Assembly (NCBI GenBank): GCA_038871515.1
Contig: JAVZHX010000001.1
Location: 397,638 to 461,637 of the forward strand
Reading direction: 5' to 3'
Origin: Candidatus Micrarchaeia archaeon
GTDB lineage: Archaea > Micrarchaeota > Micrarchaeia > Burarchaeales > Fermentimicrarchaeaceae
Length of the DNA: 64,000 nucleotides
In this document: positions 28,227-37,905 of the stretch, one piece after another
Position numbering within the stretch: the stretch's first letter is position 1
Layout: every line of letters begins with the position of its first letter
Position numbers and translations under genes: made by a program
The notes under the pieces: generated by a model
Databases searched by the model: none
The model's input: only the letters and a program-made list of their open reading frames with translations
Told to the model about the DNA's origin: nothing

Positions 28227-30589
28227 GGTGGCGCATGCAGCACAAAGCAGATTTTCCATTCACCCTTTACTTCATAAACCTACGTGACGCTTCAGACGAG
28301 GATTTGAGAAGAATAAACTCCGAAAGAAACCTCTCGCTTTCTTTGGAGGAAATGAGAAGGATAAAGGAGCACTACAAAAAACTTAACAGGGATGCAACAG
28401 ACGTTGAACTGGAGATGATCGCCCAAATCTGGTCCGAGCACTGCTGCCACAAAACTCTCCGCGGAAACTTCATCGATTCAAAAGGAAAAGTAGTTGCAAG
28501 AAAACTTCTGAAAAGCACAATAATGAAAGCAACAGAAAAGCTCAAACTTCCCTGGTGCCTGCTTGTTTTCAAAGATAACGCAGGGATAGTTGACTTTGAT
28601 GGAAAGCACGCGCTTGCTTTCAAAGTTGAAACTCACAACCACCCCTCCGCGCTTGAACCATTTGGAGGAGCATCAACAGGAGTTGGCGGCGTCATCCGCG
28701 ACATTTTGGGCGTTTGGGCTGACCCAATTGCAAACACAGACGTCCTCTGCTTCGCTCCTCTCAACTTTCCGGAAAGCAAACTTCCAAAAGGAGTTAAATC
28801 GCCCCGCTACCTATACAACGGCGTTATCGCTGGCATAGGCTCATACGGAAACAACATGGGAATCCCAACAGTAAACGGCTCAATTCACTTTGATGAAAGC
28901 TACTTGGGAAACCCGCTTGTTTACTGCGGCTGTGTTGGGTTGTTACCTAAAAACAAATTTATCAAAAACACCAAGCCAGGCGACTGCATTCTACTTGTTG
29001 GGGGCAGAACTGGAAAAGACGGAATTCACGGAGTCACCTTTGCATCCGCCGAGCTTTCTGAAACTTCTGAAGAGGTTTCTCGCTCAGCAGTTCAGATAGG
29101 CGACCCAATTGAAGAGGAGAAGCTGAAAAGAGCAATCCTCCGCGTGAGGGATGAGGGGCTTGCAACCGCAATAACCGATTTAGGTGGAGGAGGGGTTTCC
29201 TGCGCTGTCAGCGAGATGGCTGAGCGCTCCGGATGCGGTGCAACCGTTGAGCTTGACAGGGTTCCTTTAAAATACCCAATGAATACCCCCTGGGAGATAT
29301 GGCTCTCCGAATCACAGGAGAGAATGCTTCTCTCAATTCCAGAAAGAAACCTAAAAAGAACCCTTGAAATTTTTGAGGATGAAGACGTTGAGGCAACCGT
29401 TATTGGAAGGTTCAACAACACAAAACAAATTGTCGTTCTCTACAAAGACAAGCCAGTTGCCAATCTCTCAACAAACTTCCTTTACAACCTTCCCTATGCA
29501 ACCACCAAAGTAAAAAAACCAAATCAAAAACTCAGGGAGCCAAACTTCAAACAACCAAAACAACTTGGCAAAATACTACTGCAACTGCTTTCTCTGCCAA
29601 ACACCGCAAGCAAACAATCTGTCATTCACACCTATGACCATGAGGTGAAAGGACACACAGTAATAAAACCACTCCAGGGAGCTTTTCTTGACGGGCCGGG
29701 TGATGCGGCAGTGATAAAACCACTCCCCACCTCCTTCAAAGGATTTGCGCTTTCAAATGGGTTCAACCCAAACTATGGAAAGATAGACTGCTACTGGATG
29801 GCTGCCTCTGCAATTGATGAAGCAGTAAGAAACAACATCGCAGTTGGGGGAAGGAGAATCGCATTGCTTGATAACTTCTGCTGGGGCTCCCCAAAGAAAC
29901 CACAGCTTGCCTACCAACTTCTTGAGGCATGCCGAGCGTGCAGGGATGTTGCGCTTGAGCTCAAAACTCCCTTCATCTCAGGAAAGGACAGCTTATACAA
30001 CGAAACAAATGGAAAGCCAATCACCCCATCACTGCTCATCTCAGCGCTTGGGATCGTGCCTGACGTGAGAAAAGCGGTTACGATGGATGCAAAGCAGCCA
30101 GGCAGCTACATTTACCTGATTGGGGAAACTCACAAGGAACTTGGAGGCTCTTCCTATTACTCCATTTTCAAAAAACTCGGTGCTTCTGTGCCAAAGCTCA
30201 ACCCAAAAAAAGCAAGAAGAATTTTCAACTCACTCACAAAAGCAATTGACAAACAACTCCTCCTCTCCTGCCACGATTTATCTGAGGGTGGTTTGGGAGT
30301 TGCTGCAGCAGAGATGTCCTTCGCAGGCAACATTGGAATGGAAATCAACCTGCAACAACTCAACTCCAAACTGCGAGATGACTACCTCCTCTTCTCAGAA
30401 TCAAACTCCCGCTTCCTTGTAGAAGTTTCATCAAGCAACAGAAACAGATTTGAGAAACTTATGAGAGGAATTCCGTATTTCAGAATTGGAAAAACAACCA
30501 ACTCGGATGAATTCACCGTGATTGGGAATGATGTTTTAATTTCAGAAAAACTTGCCACCTTAAGAAAGGCATGGCAAACTCCGCTGTGA
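28223..30589 (+). CDS. purL: phosphoribosylformylglycinamidine synthase II
   Basis: Contains WSEHCCHKT, VETHNHPSALEPFGGASTGVGGVIRD and GKDSLYNE. Confidence 0.95.
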   Translation: MRWRMQHKADFPFTLYFINLRDASDEDLRRINSERNLSLSLEEMRRIKEHYKKLNRDATDVELEMIAQIWSEHCCHKTLRGNFIDSKGKVVARKLLKSTIMKATEKLKLPWCLLVFKDNAGIVDFDGKHALAFKVETHNHPSALEPFGGASTGVGGVIRDILGVWADPIANTDVLCFAPLNFPESKLPKGVKSPRYLYNGVIAGIGSYGNNMGIPTVNGSIHFDESYLGNPLVYCGCVGLLPKNKFIKNTKPGDCILLVGGRTGKDGIHGVTFASAELSETSEEVSRSAVQIGDPIEEEKLKRAILRVRDEGLATAITDLGGGGVSCAVSEMAERSGCGATVELDRVPLKYPMNTPWEIWLSESQERMLLSIPERNLKRTLEIFEDEDVEATVIGRFNNTKQIVVLYKDKPVANLSTNFLYNLPYATTKVKKPNQKLREPNFKQPKQLGKILLQLLSLPNTASKQSVIHTYDHEVKGHTVIKPLQGAFLDGPGDAAVIKPLPTSFKGFALSNGFNPNYGKIDCYWMAASAIDEAVRNNIAVGGRRIALLDNFCWGSPKKPQLAYQLLEACRACRDVALELKTPFISGKDSLYNETNGKPITPSLLISALGIVPDVRKAVTMDAKQPGSYIYLIGETHKELGGSSYYSIFKKLGASVPKLNPKKARRIFNSLTKAIDKQLLLSCHDLSEGGLGVAAAEMSFAGNIGMEINLQQLNSKLRDDYLLFSESNSRFLVEVSSSNRNRFEKLMRGIPYFRIGKTTNSDEFTVIGNDVLISEKLATLRKAWQTPL

Positions 30590-30593
30590 TTAT

Positions 30594-31397
30594 ATGAGAA
30601 TATGCATAATGAGAGTTGCTGGAACAAACCGCGATTATGACGTATACGAAGTTCTAACTTACCTAGGCGCATCCCCAGATGTTGTTCACATGAATGAATT
30701 CACCAGAGGAAGGAAAAAACTGAGTGACTACGATGCATTCATCTTCCCAGGAGGCTTCTCCTACGGAGACAGAATACGCTCAGGCGCAATCTGGGCAAAG
30801 CAGCTCATCTACAAACTTTCAGCTGACTTCAGAAAAATTGCTGAGGAAGGAACACCAATACTCGGAATATGCAACGGGATGCAGGTGCTTGTTGAGGCTG
30901 GTTTGATACCTGGCTTGAATGGAATAAGCGAATACCCAGAAGCAGCAATGGCAGTCAATGCGTCATCTAAATTTGAGTGCAGGTGGGTTTATTTAAAAAA
31001 CTACTCAAGGGGAAACTGCCTATTCACAAGGGAAATACCAAGAAACACAGTGATAAGAACACCTGTTGCCCACGGAGAAGGACGCTTCCTTCTTCCAAAA
31101 GAAAAGGAGAAAGCAATACTCCGTAAACTTGAGAGAAACGATCAGATTGTTTTCCGCTACTGCGATGAGAAAGGCAACCCAGCCAAAGGGAAATACCCGC
31201 TCAACCCAAACGGCTCCTTCTCAGACATAGCTGGAGTTTGCAACCCTCAGGGCAACGTTTTGGCTTTCATGCCTCACGCAGAGGATGCGTGCTTCTTCTG
31301 GCAGCACCCAGATTGGACAAGGAGGAAACTTAAGTTTGAGACAGACGGAATTCTCCTCTTCAAAAATTTAGTATCTTTCCTCAAACACAAAAAATAA
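30594..31397 (+). CDS. purQ: phosphoribosylformylglycinamidine synthase I (glutamine amidotransferase)
   Basis: Contains FPGGFSYGD, GICNGMQVL and MPHAE. Confidence 0.9.
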   Translation: MRICIMRVAGTNRDYDVYEVLTYLGASPDVVHMNEFTRGRKKLSDYDAFIFPGGFSYGDRIRSGAIWAKQLIYKLSADFRKIAEEGTPILGICNGMQVLVEAGLIPGLNGISEYPEAAMAVNASSKFECRWVYLKNYSRGNCLFTREIPRNTVIRTPVAHGEGRFLLPKEKEKAILRKLERNDQIVFRYCDEKGNPAKGKYPLNPNGSFSDIAGVCNPQGNVLAFMPHAEDACFFWQHPDWTRRKLKFETDGILLFKNLVSFLKHKK

Positions 31398-31435
31398 AAA
31401 AACATTGCAATTATTATTTAATTACTAATTAAGAG

Positions 31436-32809
31436 GTGGTTCTCTTGCCCAAAATACAGGAGATACCCTCTCTTAAAGAATGGGAAAGAGTTGGCTCTCA
31501 CAGCCACATCAAAGGACTTGGAATACAAAATGGTGAAGTCCTTCGTATTGCCTCAGGGCTTGTGGGACAGGTTGAAGCAAGAAAGGCAGCCAGCATAATT
31601 GTTGAGTTAGTGAGAAAAGGAAGGTTTGCCGGCAGAGCAATACTTATGGCAGGACCCATGGGAACTGGTAAAACTGCGCTTGCACTTGCAATCGCAAAGG
31701 AGCTTGGAAGGGATGTGCCATTCGTTCAGATATTTGGCTCTGAAATTTACTCCTCCGAAATCAAGAAAACAGAATTCCTGATGAGAGCTCTCAGAAGAGC
31801 TATTGGAGTCAGAATTCACGAGATGCGCACAATTTATGAAGGCGAGGTAACCTACCTTGACTTTGACATGGTGCCTCATCCATACAACCCATACCAAAAA
31901 ATCCCCAAAAGCGCAACAATAAAACTCAAAACAAAGGACGAGGAGAGGCAATTCAAGGTTGACTCCTCATTTGCCCAAAGTATAATTCAGAATGGAGTTG
32001 AAATTCACGATGTTATTCAGATAGACTCAGAAACAGCCAGAATAGCAGTTATTGGCAAAAGCAAGGATTACAAACCAGATGAAAAGGAAAAAGTTGACTT
32101 AACAAAACAACAGATTGTTGAAGTTCCAAAAGGCAAAGTTCAAAAAGAAAAGGAATTCATCTACACAGTTACCCTTAATGATTTGGACATGGCGCGCGCA
32201 AAGAGAGGAAGCCTCTTCTTCTCCTTTTTCGGTGGAGGGAAGGAGGAGGAGCTCAGCGAGGAGGACAGGGCAGCTGTTGACGAGGAGGTTAAAGCGCTGG
32301 TGAATGAGAAAACAGCAGAGATAATACCGGGAGTTCTATTCATAGACGAAACTCACATGCTTGACGTTGAAGCTTTCTCCTTCCTCAACAGAGCAATTGA
32401 ATCTGAGCTTGCGCCAATAATCATTCTCGCAACAAACAGAGGGATAACAAAAATAAGAGGCACAGAGCTTGAATCACCTCACGGAATTCCAAGAGATATG
32501 CTGGATAGAATGCTGATTATAAACACCTCTCCATACTCAAAAGAGGAAGTCGCCGAGATAATAAAAATAAGATGCAGGGAGGAGAAAGTTCAGCTGAGCA
32601 ACGATGCATTTGAGTATCTAACAAAGATTGGCGTGGAGAAAAGTTTAAGGTATGCAACTCAGCTTCTCGCTCCCGCTTCAGAGCTTGCAGAGAAGGATAA
32701 GAAGGAGACAATAGAGAAGAAGCACATCGAGGTTGCTGAGAAGCTTTTTGTTGACGTTGAAAAATCCATCGAGCACGTTAAAAAGTTCGAGAAGAGCTTT
32801 ATGGCATAA
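31436..32809 (+). CDS. RuvB-like (TIP49/Pontin-Reptin type) AAA+ ATPase
   Basis: HSHIKGLG, Walker A GPMGTGKT, a roughly 220-aa insertion, then Walker B GVLFIDETHMLD and ATNRG. This is the TIP49 domain order. Confidence 0.85.
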   Translation: MVLLPKIQEIPSLKEWERVGSHSHIKGLGIQNGEVLRIASGLVGQVEARKAASIIVELVRKGRFAGRAILMAGPMGTGKTALALAIAKELGRDVPFVQIFGSEIYSSEIKKTEFLMRALRRAIGVRIHEMRTIYEGEVTYLDFDMVPHPYNPYQKIPKSATIKLKTKDEERQFKVDSSFAQSIIQNGVEIHDVIQIDSETARIAVIGKSKDYKPDEKEKVDLTKQQIVEVPKGKVQKEKEFIYTVTLNDLDMARAKRGSLFFSFFGGGKEEELSEEDRAAVDEEVKALVNEKTAEIIPGVLFIDETHMLDVEAFSFLNRAIESELAPIIILATNRGITKIRGTELESPHGIPRDMLDRMLIINTSPYSKEEVAEIIKIRCREEKVQLSNDAFEYLTKIGVEKSLRYATQLLAPASELAEKDKKETIEKKHIEVAEKLFVDVEKSIEHVKKFEKSFMA

Positions 32810-32849
32810 GAAATTAAAACCTCTCTGACGTAATATAACCGCTGGTTCT

Positions 32850-33434
32850 ATGGCTAACGACGGCAAGATTATCGTATCTGTTCACTGCGATGTTATCTGG
32901 CAGGCTGCCCACGTGAAGTTTGTGAGAAGGAGAGGGAGAAGGTATTACGAGGGCAATCTGGATAACGTGGTGTGCGTTGCAGCCGTCCTCCGCTCAGTTA
33001 TGCCACGCGTGAGGGACAGAAAAGTAAAATTTTACTTCACAAATGCAGAGGAAACAACAATGAAAGGAGCAAGAAAAGTTATGAGAAGGGAGGGGAAAGC
33101 CCTCTACGTTGTTGTTGACGTAACCCAAGCAGCACGCAGCTCCGATGTTAATATTGAGTGGATGCAGCACATTAACAGAAAAGCACTAAAAAAGGTTCTC
33201 ACAAGAATCCCAAACCTGAAAGTTGGCTTCAAGACAGGCCACCCAGATGAAACAGCCATTTACGGAACAAAATACCCAACCTTCTCAATCACTCTCCCAC
33301 TGCAGGGAAACATGCACGGCAAATCCAAAGTTTCCTTCTGGAAGGTGAAGCGCTTCGGCTTATCCCTCGTTGAAATTCTAAGAAGGATACGAATGAACTA
33401 CGATAGAATTTGTGAGTTTCAGAAATCAGTATAG
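32850..33434 (+). CDS. hypothetical protein, possibly a minimal M28/M42-like metallopeptidase fold
   Basis: The ordered residues HCD...NLDN...NAEE...VVDV...H resemble co-catalytic metallopeptidase ligands. Weak. Confidence 0.3.
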   Translation: MANDGKIIVSVHCDVIWQAAHVKFVRRRGRRYYEGNLDNVVCVAAVLRSVMPRVRDRKVKFYFTNAEETTMKGARKVMRREGKALYVVVDVTQAARSSDVNIEWMQHINRKALKKVLTRIPNLKVGFKTGHPDETAIYGTKYPTFSITLPLQGNMHGKSKVSFWKVKRFGLSLVEILRRIRMNYDRICEFQKSV

Positions 33435-35783
33435 ATAACCCCAAGTATACAGCATATCGCTATCGCTTATCCACTTCTCCCCAATATCCGTTCTGTAAAA
33501 CATGTTTGGAATAAGAATGTTTTTCACCCTTGAATACGCCTGCTTTCTCGCCTCCTCAACAGTCGTCCCAGAGCCGGTGATTATCAACGCATAGCCTGAC
33601 TGCCCAGCCAACCTCCAGTCATCCTCAACAAGCTTCACATCCCCAAGATGAACCCCATCAAGATTTGGCTTCTTGAAAATTATCGTTGCATCCTCCGAAT
33701 ACCTTTTGAAAGCAGCTGGGTCGCTGAATGGGAAGGGTGGGACTGCAACTACAATACATATCTGAAATCCTTTTTTCGTTTTCAGCTCAGTTGCCTCTCC
33801 TTTTGCAAGCGAGTAAAGAAAATCACTCCACCTGCTCGTCACTCCCTCAATCTGCAAACTTATAGTGGGGTAACCAAAACGCATGGTCCACTCCAATGGA
33901 TATATCCCTCTTGAATTCACAATACAATTCAAATCCACATACCCAACATAATTTGATGCAACAAGTGCTTCCTTCATTTTAAGAAGAGTTTCGTTGAAAA
34001 GCTTGTTTGGGGGGCACCAGAACCCAAGCGTATTGCCACAAAAAACAGGTTTCCCATCCTTCCTGATATACATCACATGATTTGGAACCTCAGCGCAATA
34101 AACCTTTCCGTTGTATGGAATCTCCTTCCAGTCTCTCGCATCCAACCAAGAAACAGTTTTCTGCACCCTCTCAATAATCTCATACTGCAGCTTGTCAGAA
34201 GCAATTATCCTGTCGCCAATTTTCCCCTTTCTTGGTTTTCTTATCTTAATCAACCCCACATGACCAATTTTCAGTAACAGTTCTTGAATATTATCTGCAA
34301 GTTTCTTTGATGTTGTATAAAAAACCCGGTAACCTTTTTTATAATGATACGCATCGCCAAGTGCAAAAGCATCTAGGAAAAGCTTTATCTGTCTAGGAGA
34401 TGCTTCCCTCACATATTCTGGGATCCATTTATCAGAAGCCTTCCCAAACTGCTTCAAGTACCTAGCAAGTTGGGCGCTGTGTATCGCAAACCTATCCTTA
34501 CTAACTACCACTTTGAATGGTAGTTTATTAATTATCCTAAACACACTAGCCCGTGTCCTCTTCTTCGCTTGTGCGATAGTAACAGTATTTCCTGAAGAGC
34601 AGCCTTCGCTTAAATAAAGCCCCAGGAATTCAAGCCAACAATCCATCTTAATTCTCATTTGCTGAAGTTGCACTACGCATTTATGATTCGTTCCTTTAGT
34701 ATAGATGTACTCCGGAAGATAAAAGTATTCTTCCTCAACTCCCTTCCAAATGCCCGTTCTTGGGATTACAAATTTGGTTGTTAACTCCTTTGCTTTAACG
34801 AATCTCCACTTATTTCCACCAGTTCTATAAGTCTCCCCCTCCATCCCAAACATATTATGATCTGGCGTTACTGTCAAAGAAACTGCCCTGTTGGTTATAT
34901 CAATCATCCTTTTATGGTGGTCATACTCTACTATCGCAGTTGGTTTTTGATACTCAATCGCAAAAGTACTAGGATTGAGTGTGCAAATTTCATCGCTGTA
35001 TGAAAGATTCTTGAACAACTTCCAACCCACCTTTGTCAAAACCTCTGTTTTGTCATCGTAACACCCCATCTCGCCACAGTTCGGCCCCAACCCACCTGGA
35101 AACAACTTCTTGTGCTCGAAGTTTATGAATATTGGGTAGACAAAATCCCTCCCATTGAAGAAAACCCCAACTGCAACTTCCACGCCCTGCACAAACTTCT
35201 GTAACTGGAACACGCTAATCTTCTTTGACCAGCTCTTCTTGTAGTGCTCCAAAACATCTATCACATCTTTTCCATCCTCTTCCTGTCCAACAAAAAGTAA
35301 CTCCTTCTCATTCTGAGCTCTTCCACTTGGTTTTATCACATACCTATCCGGATTCTTCTTAACAAACTCTATAGCATCATCAAATCCGATAAAATCCCAA
35401 TGGGGTATCGTGTTCACTCCCGCTTTCTTCAACTCCTCCTGCCCAAACTCCCTATCATCCTCAAGCTTATCAGTATAAACAGAACCGCCAACAACTAACT
35501 TACCTTCCTTTCTTAAATCCTCAGCAATCTGCCCAAAACCGATATCGTCAAAGCAAATTACGTCAGCCCAGTCTTCCCACCCCTTCCAATCCTCGCATTT
35601 TTCAACAAACCCATCACAAACATCCTTCTCAGACTTCTCCTTTATGTAATACTTTACCTCACTTCCCTCCTTCTTCACCTGCCAAGCCAAATCGCCAATC
35701 AAACCCTCGTATGAAACAAAAAGAAACTTCAAAGGCTTCTTCTCCTCCTTTTTCTCTTCAACCTGGTTGTTTGATGGGCTCAT
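33426..35783 (-). CDS. purD: PurD-like ATP-grasp ligase (phosphoribosylamine-glycine ligase family) interrupted by an intein
   Basis: The exteins (441 aa) show the PurD order: LIGDLAWQVKKEG, YVIKPSG, GPNCGEMG|..|T, LEWTMRFGYP, TVEEARKQAY. Confidence 0.75.
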   Translation of the reverse strand: MSPSNNQVEEKKEEKKPLKFLFVSYEGLIGDLAWQVKKEGSEVKYYIKEKSEKDVCDGFVEKCEDWKGWEDWADVICFDDIGFGQIAEDLRKEGKLVVGGSVYTDKLEDDREFGQEELKKAGVNTIPHWDFIGFDDAIEFVKKNPDRYVIKPSGRAQNEKELLFVGQEEDGKDVIDVLEHYKKSWSKKISVFQLQKFVQGVEVAVGVFFNGRDFVYPIFINFEHKKLFPGGLGPNCGEMGCYDDKTEVLTKVGWKLFKNLSYSDEICTLNPSTFAIEYQKPTAIVEYDHHKRMIDITNRAVSLTVTPDHNMFGMEGETYRTGGNKWRFVKAKELTTKFVIPRTGIWKGVEEEYFYLPEYIYTKGTNHKCVVQLQQMRIKMDCWLEFLGLYLSEGCSSGNTVTIAQAKKRTRASVFRIINKLPFKVVVSKDRFAIHSAQLARYLKQFGKASDKWIPEYVREASPRQIKLFLDAFALGDAYHYKKGYRVFYTTSKKLADNIQELLLKIGHVGLIKIRKPRKGKIGDRIIASDKLQYEIIERVQKTVSWLDARDWKEIPYNGKVYCAEVPNHVMYIRKDGKPVFCGNTLGFWCPPNKLFNETLLKMKEALVASNYVGYVDLNCIVNSRGIYPLEWTMRFGYPTISLQIEGVTSRWSDFLYSLAKGEATELKTKKGFQICIVVAVPPFPFSDPAAFKRYSEDATIIFKKPNLDGVHLGDVKLVEDDWRLAGQSGYALIITGSGTTVEEARKQAYSRVKNILIPNMFYRTDIGEKWISDSDMLYTWGYLY
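34032..35063 (-). mobile_element. 344-aa intein with LAGLIDADG homing-endonuclease domain inside the PurD-like gene
   Basis: Begins with Cys (GEMG|CYDDKTEV), has block B TVTPDHN, DOD motifs LEFLGLYLSEGCS and KLFLDAFALGDAY, and ends VFCGN|T. Confidence 0.85.
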
Positions 35784-35819
35784 GAAAAAATTTTGTAAAT
35801 CAGTTGATTATAAGCTTTC

Positions 35820-36380
35820 CTATAAAGGCTCCTCAACTCCAAAAACAATTTTTTTGTAAACAGAGCCAATCTCCTCCCTCGTCATCCTCTCCAACTCCAA
35901 CCTTGCTGCTTTTCCATTAACCTCCGCAATTCTCTTTACCTCCTCCTCACTCAAATTAGAAAAATACTCAACAGCTCCCCTGCGCGCGCCCTCCACGCAC
36001 TTAGCAAACGCAAGCAGCTTCTCACCTTTCTCGCCAACCATCTCAGCCAAACCAAACTTCCACATTATGCTGCTTTTCGCTCTTTCAGTTTCCTCCTCAC
36101 TTCTTGGAGTGCTCAAAGCTTTGAACCACTCCCTTTTGCCCTGCCTCACCAAAGCAAGATAACTCTCCCTCACCTCCCTTTTTAAAAAACCTGTGAATTC
36201 TCTTTCCTCCACTCCCATCTCCTTCAACCTTTTCCCAAAATTAACAAGAACCTCCTTCGGCTTCTCCTCCCACAAAACCATCATGCTCTGCAGCTCAACG
36301 AACGCTTCTTTCATCTTCTCCTGCCGTAGCCTCGCTATTCTCTCACGCATCGGCTCCTTTCTCTCAATTTCCATATTCAT
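35820..36380 (-). CDS. hypothetical protein
   Basis: 186-aa charged, predicted helical ORF. No family recognised. Confidence 0.45.
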   Translation of the reverse strand: MNMEIERKEPMRERIARLRQEKMKEAFVELQSMMVLWEEKPKEVLVNFGKRLKEMGVEEREFTGFLKREVRESYLALVRQGKREWFKALSTPRSEEETERAKSSIMWKFGLAEMVGEKGEKLLAFAKCVEGARRGAVEYFSNLSEEEVKRIAEVNGKAARLELERMTREEIGSVYKKIVFGVEEPL

Positions 36381-36464
36381 AAATTACTTGCTCATTTCAA
36401 TTATTTAAACTCGCTTTCGCAATTATTCGAAACCTTTATAAATAAAAATAGAAAAAGTGAAACC

Positions 36465-37109
36465 TCACTCGAACCCCTTCTTCTTCCCCCACCCCACCGT
36501 ATCCTGCGTCCACTCCAAAATAACGCTCTCCTGCTCCTTTGTTATCAACTTCTTTGCAGTTGCCCTCTTCACAAGAGTGCTTATATCTGTCAGTGGAATC
36601 AGCTCCACCCCCTCCTGCCTGAACCCCTCCTCTGCTTTCGGCATCTGATAAGTGAATATCACAACGCAGTGAGTTGGGTTTGCGCCAGCAGCTCTAACTG
36701 CTCTTGCAGTGTGAAGCGAGCTTCCCCCCTGGCTCACCAAATCCTCAACCACCACCACTCTTGCTCCTTTCTCCAGCTTCCCCTCAATCAAGTTCTGCTT
36801 CCCATGATCCTTCTCCTCCTTCCTCACATAAACCATCGGTTTCTTTATTCTGTCAGCCAGCCATGCCGCATGCGGTATTCCAGAGGATGCAACAGCTGCA
36901 AGGCAATCCACATTCCTCAACCCAATCCTCTCCCTCACAACCTTTTCAAACGCATCAATTACTTCTTCTCTCTCCTTCACGTGCGACATCAGCAATCTAC
37001 AATCCGTGTAGATTGGGCTGAGAATGCCTGACGCGTATCTATATGGTTTTTCCGGGCTCAGCGTCACAGCCCCTATCTCCAAAAGTATATCCGCAATTCT
37101 CTCCTTCAT
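36465..37109 (-). CDS. pyrE: orotate phosphoribosyltransferase
   Basis: Contains SGILSPIYTDCR and the PRPP loop VVVVEDLVSQGGS. Confidence 0.9.
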   Translation of the reverse strand: MKERIADILLEIGAVTLSPEKPYRYASGILSPIYTDCRLLMSHVKEREEVIDAFEKVVRERIGLRNVDCLAAVASSGIPHAAWLADRIKKPMVYVRKEEKDHGKQNLIEGKLEKGARVVVVEDLVSQGGSSLHTARAVRAAGANPTHCVVIFTYQMPKAEEGFRQEGVELIPLTDISTLVKRATAKKLITKEQESVILEWTQDTVGWGKKKGFE

Positions 37110-37110
37110 A

Positions 37111-37905
37111 CTACTCCCTCCAACCATAATATTCATTCAAACTCACCTTCTTCCCATACTTCAACCTTGCGAACCTTCCAAACTCGCTCATTTTTGAAAG
37201 TTTTTTTGATGAGAAAACAGGGCCGTCAGCGCACACCCTGTAACCATCCACCGCACAGCTCCCGCAAACTCCAAAACCACAGTGCATGTATCTTTCTAGG
37301 GAGAGCTGGCACTCCACTTTGTTTTTTCTACAAATCTCAAAAACTTTCTTCAACATCAGCTCAGGGCCGCAGCCATAAACAACATCAACCTCCCCAACCA
37401 CCTCCTCAAGCAAATCAGTTGCAAACCCCTTTCTCCCAAGCGAACCATCATCCGTTGCATACCTCACCTTCCCAACCCTCTCCATCCTTTCCCTGAAAAT
37501 CAGCTTTCTTTTGCTTGAAGCACCCATTATGATAATTGGTTTCCTCTTCGCCAGCTTCTCCGCAAGCGGTGCAAGCGGTGCAACTCCAACTCCACCAGCA
37601 ACTATGCACTGTCTCTCCCCAACAACCTCAAACCCATTCCCATACGGGCCTCTAACCCCAATAAAGCTTCCCTCCCTCAACCTGAAAACTTCCTCTGTGA
37701 ACTTACCTCTCCTCTGCACCGTTATTGCTGCCTGTCCATTCAAATACGAAAGCGCAAATGGTTTCTCATCAACCCCAGGAAGCCAAACCATGACAAACTG
37801 GCCAGGAATTGCACCAGGCACTCCCCTCTCAAAAAACACCGTTCTTACCTCCTCACTCTCCTCCACAACTTTCCTCACTTTATTTGAAACCGGCATCTCA
37901 CTCAT
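37111..37905 (-). CDS. pyrK: dihydroorotate dehydrogenase electron-transfer subunit
   Basis: FAD/NAD fold (GQFVMVWLPG, VAGGVGVAP) and a C-terminal 2Fe-2S Cys cluster CGFGVCGSC...C. Confidence 0.85.
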   Translation of the reverse strand: MSEMPVSNKVRKVVEESEEVRTVFFERGVPGAIPGQFVMVWLPGVDEKPFALSYLNGQAAITVQRRGKFTEEVFRLREGSFIGVRGPYGNGFEVVGERQCIVAGGVGVAPLAPLAEKLAKRKPIIIMGASSKRKLIFRERMERVGKVRYATDDGSLGRKGFATDLLEEVVGEVDVVYGCGPELMLKKVFEICRKNKVECQLSLERYMHCGFGVCGSCAVDGYRVCADGPVFSSKKLSKMSEFGRFARLKYGKKVSLNEYYGWRE

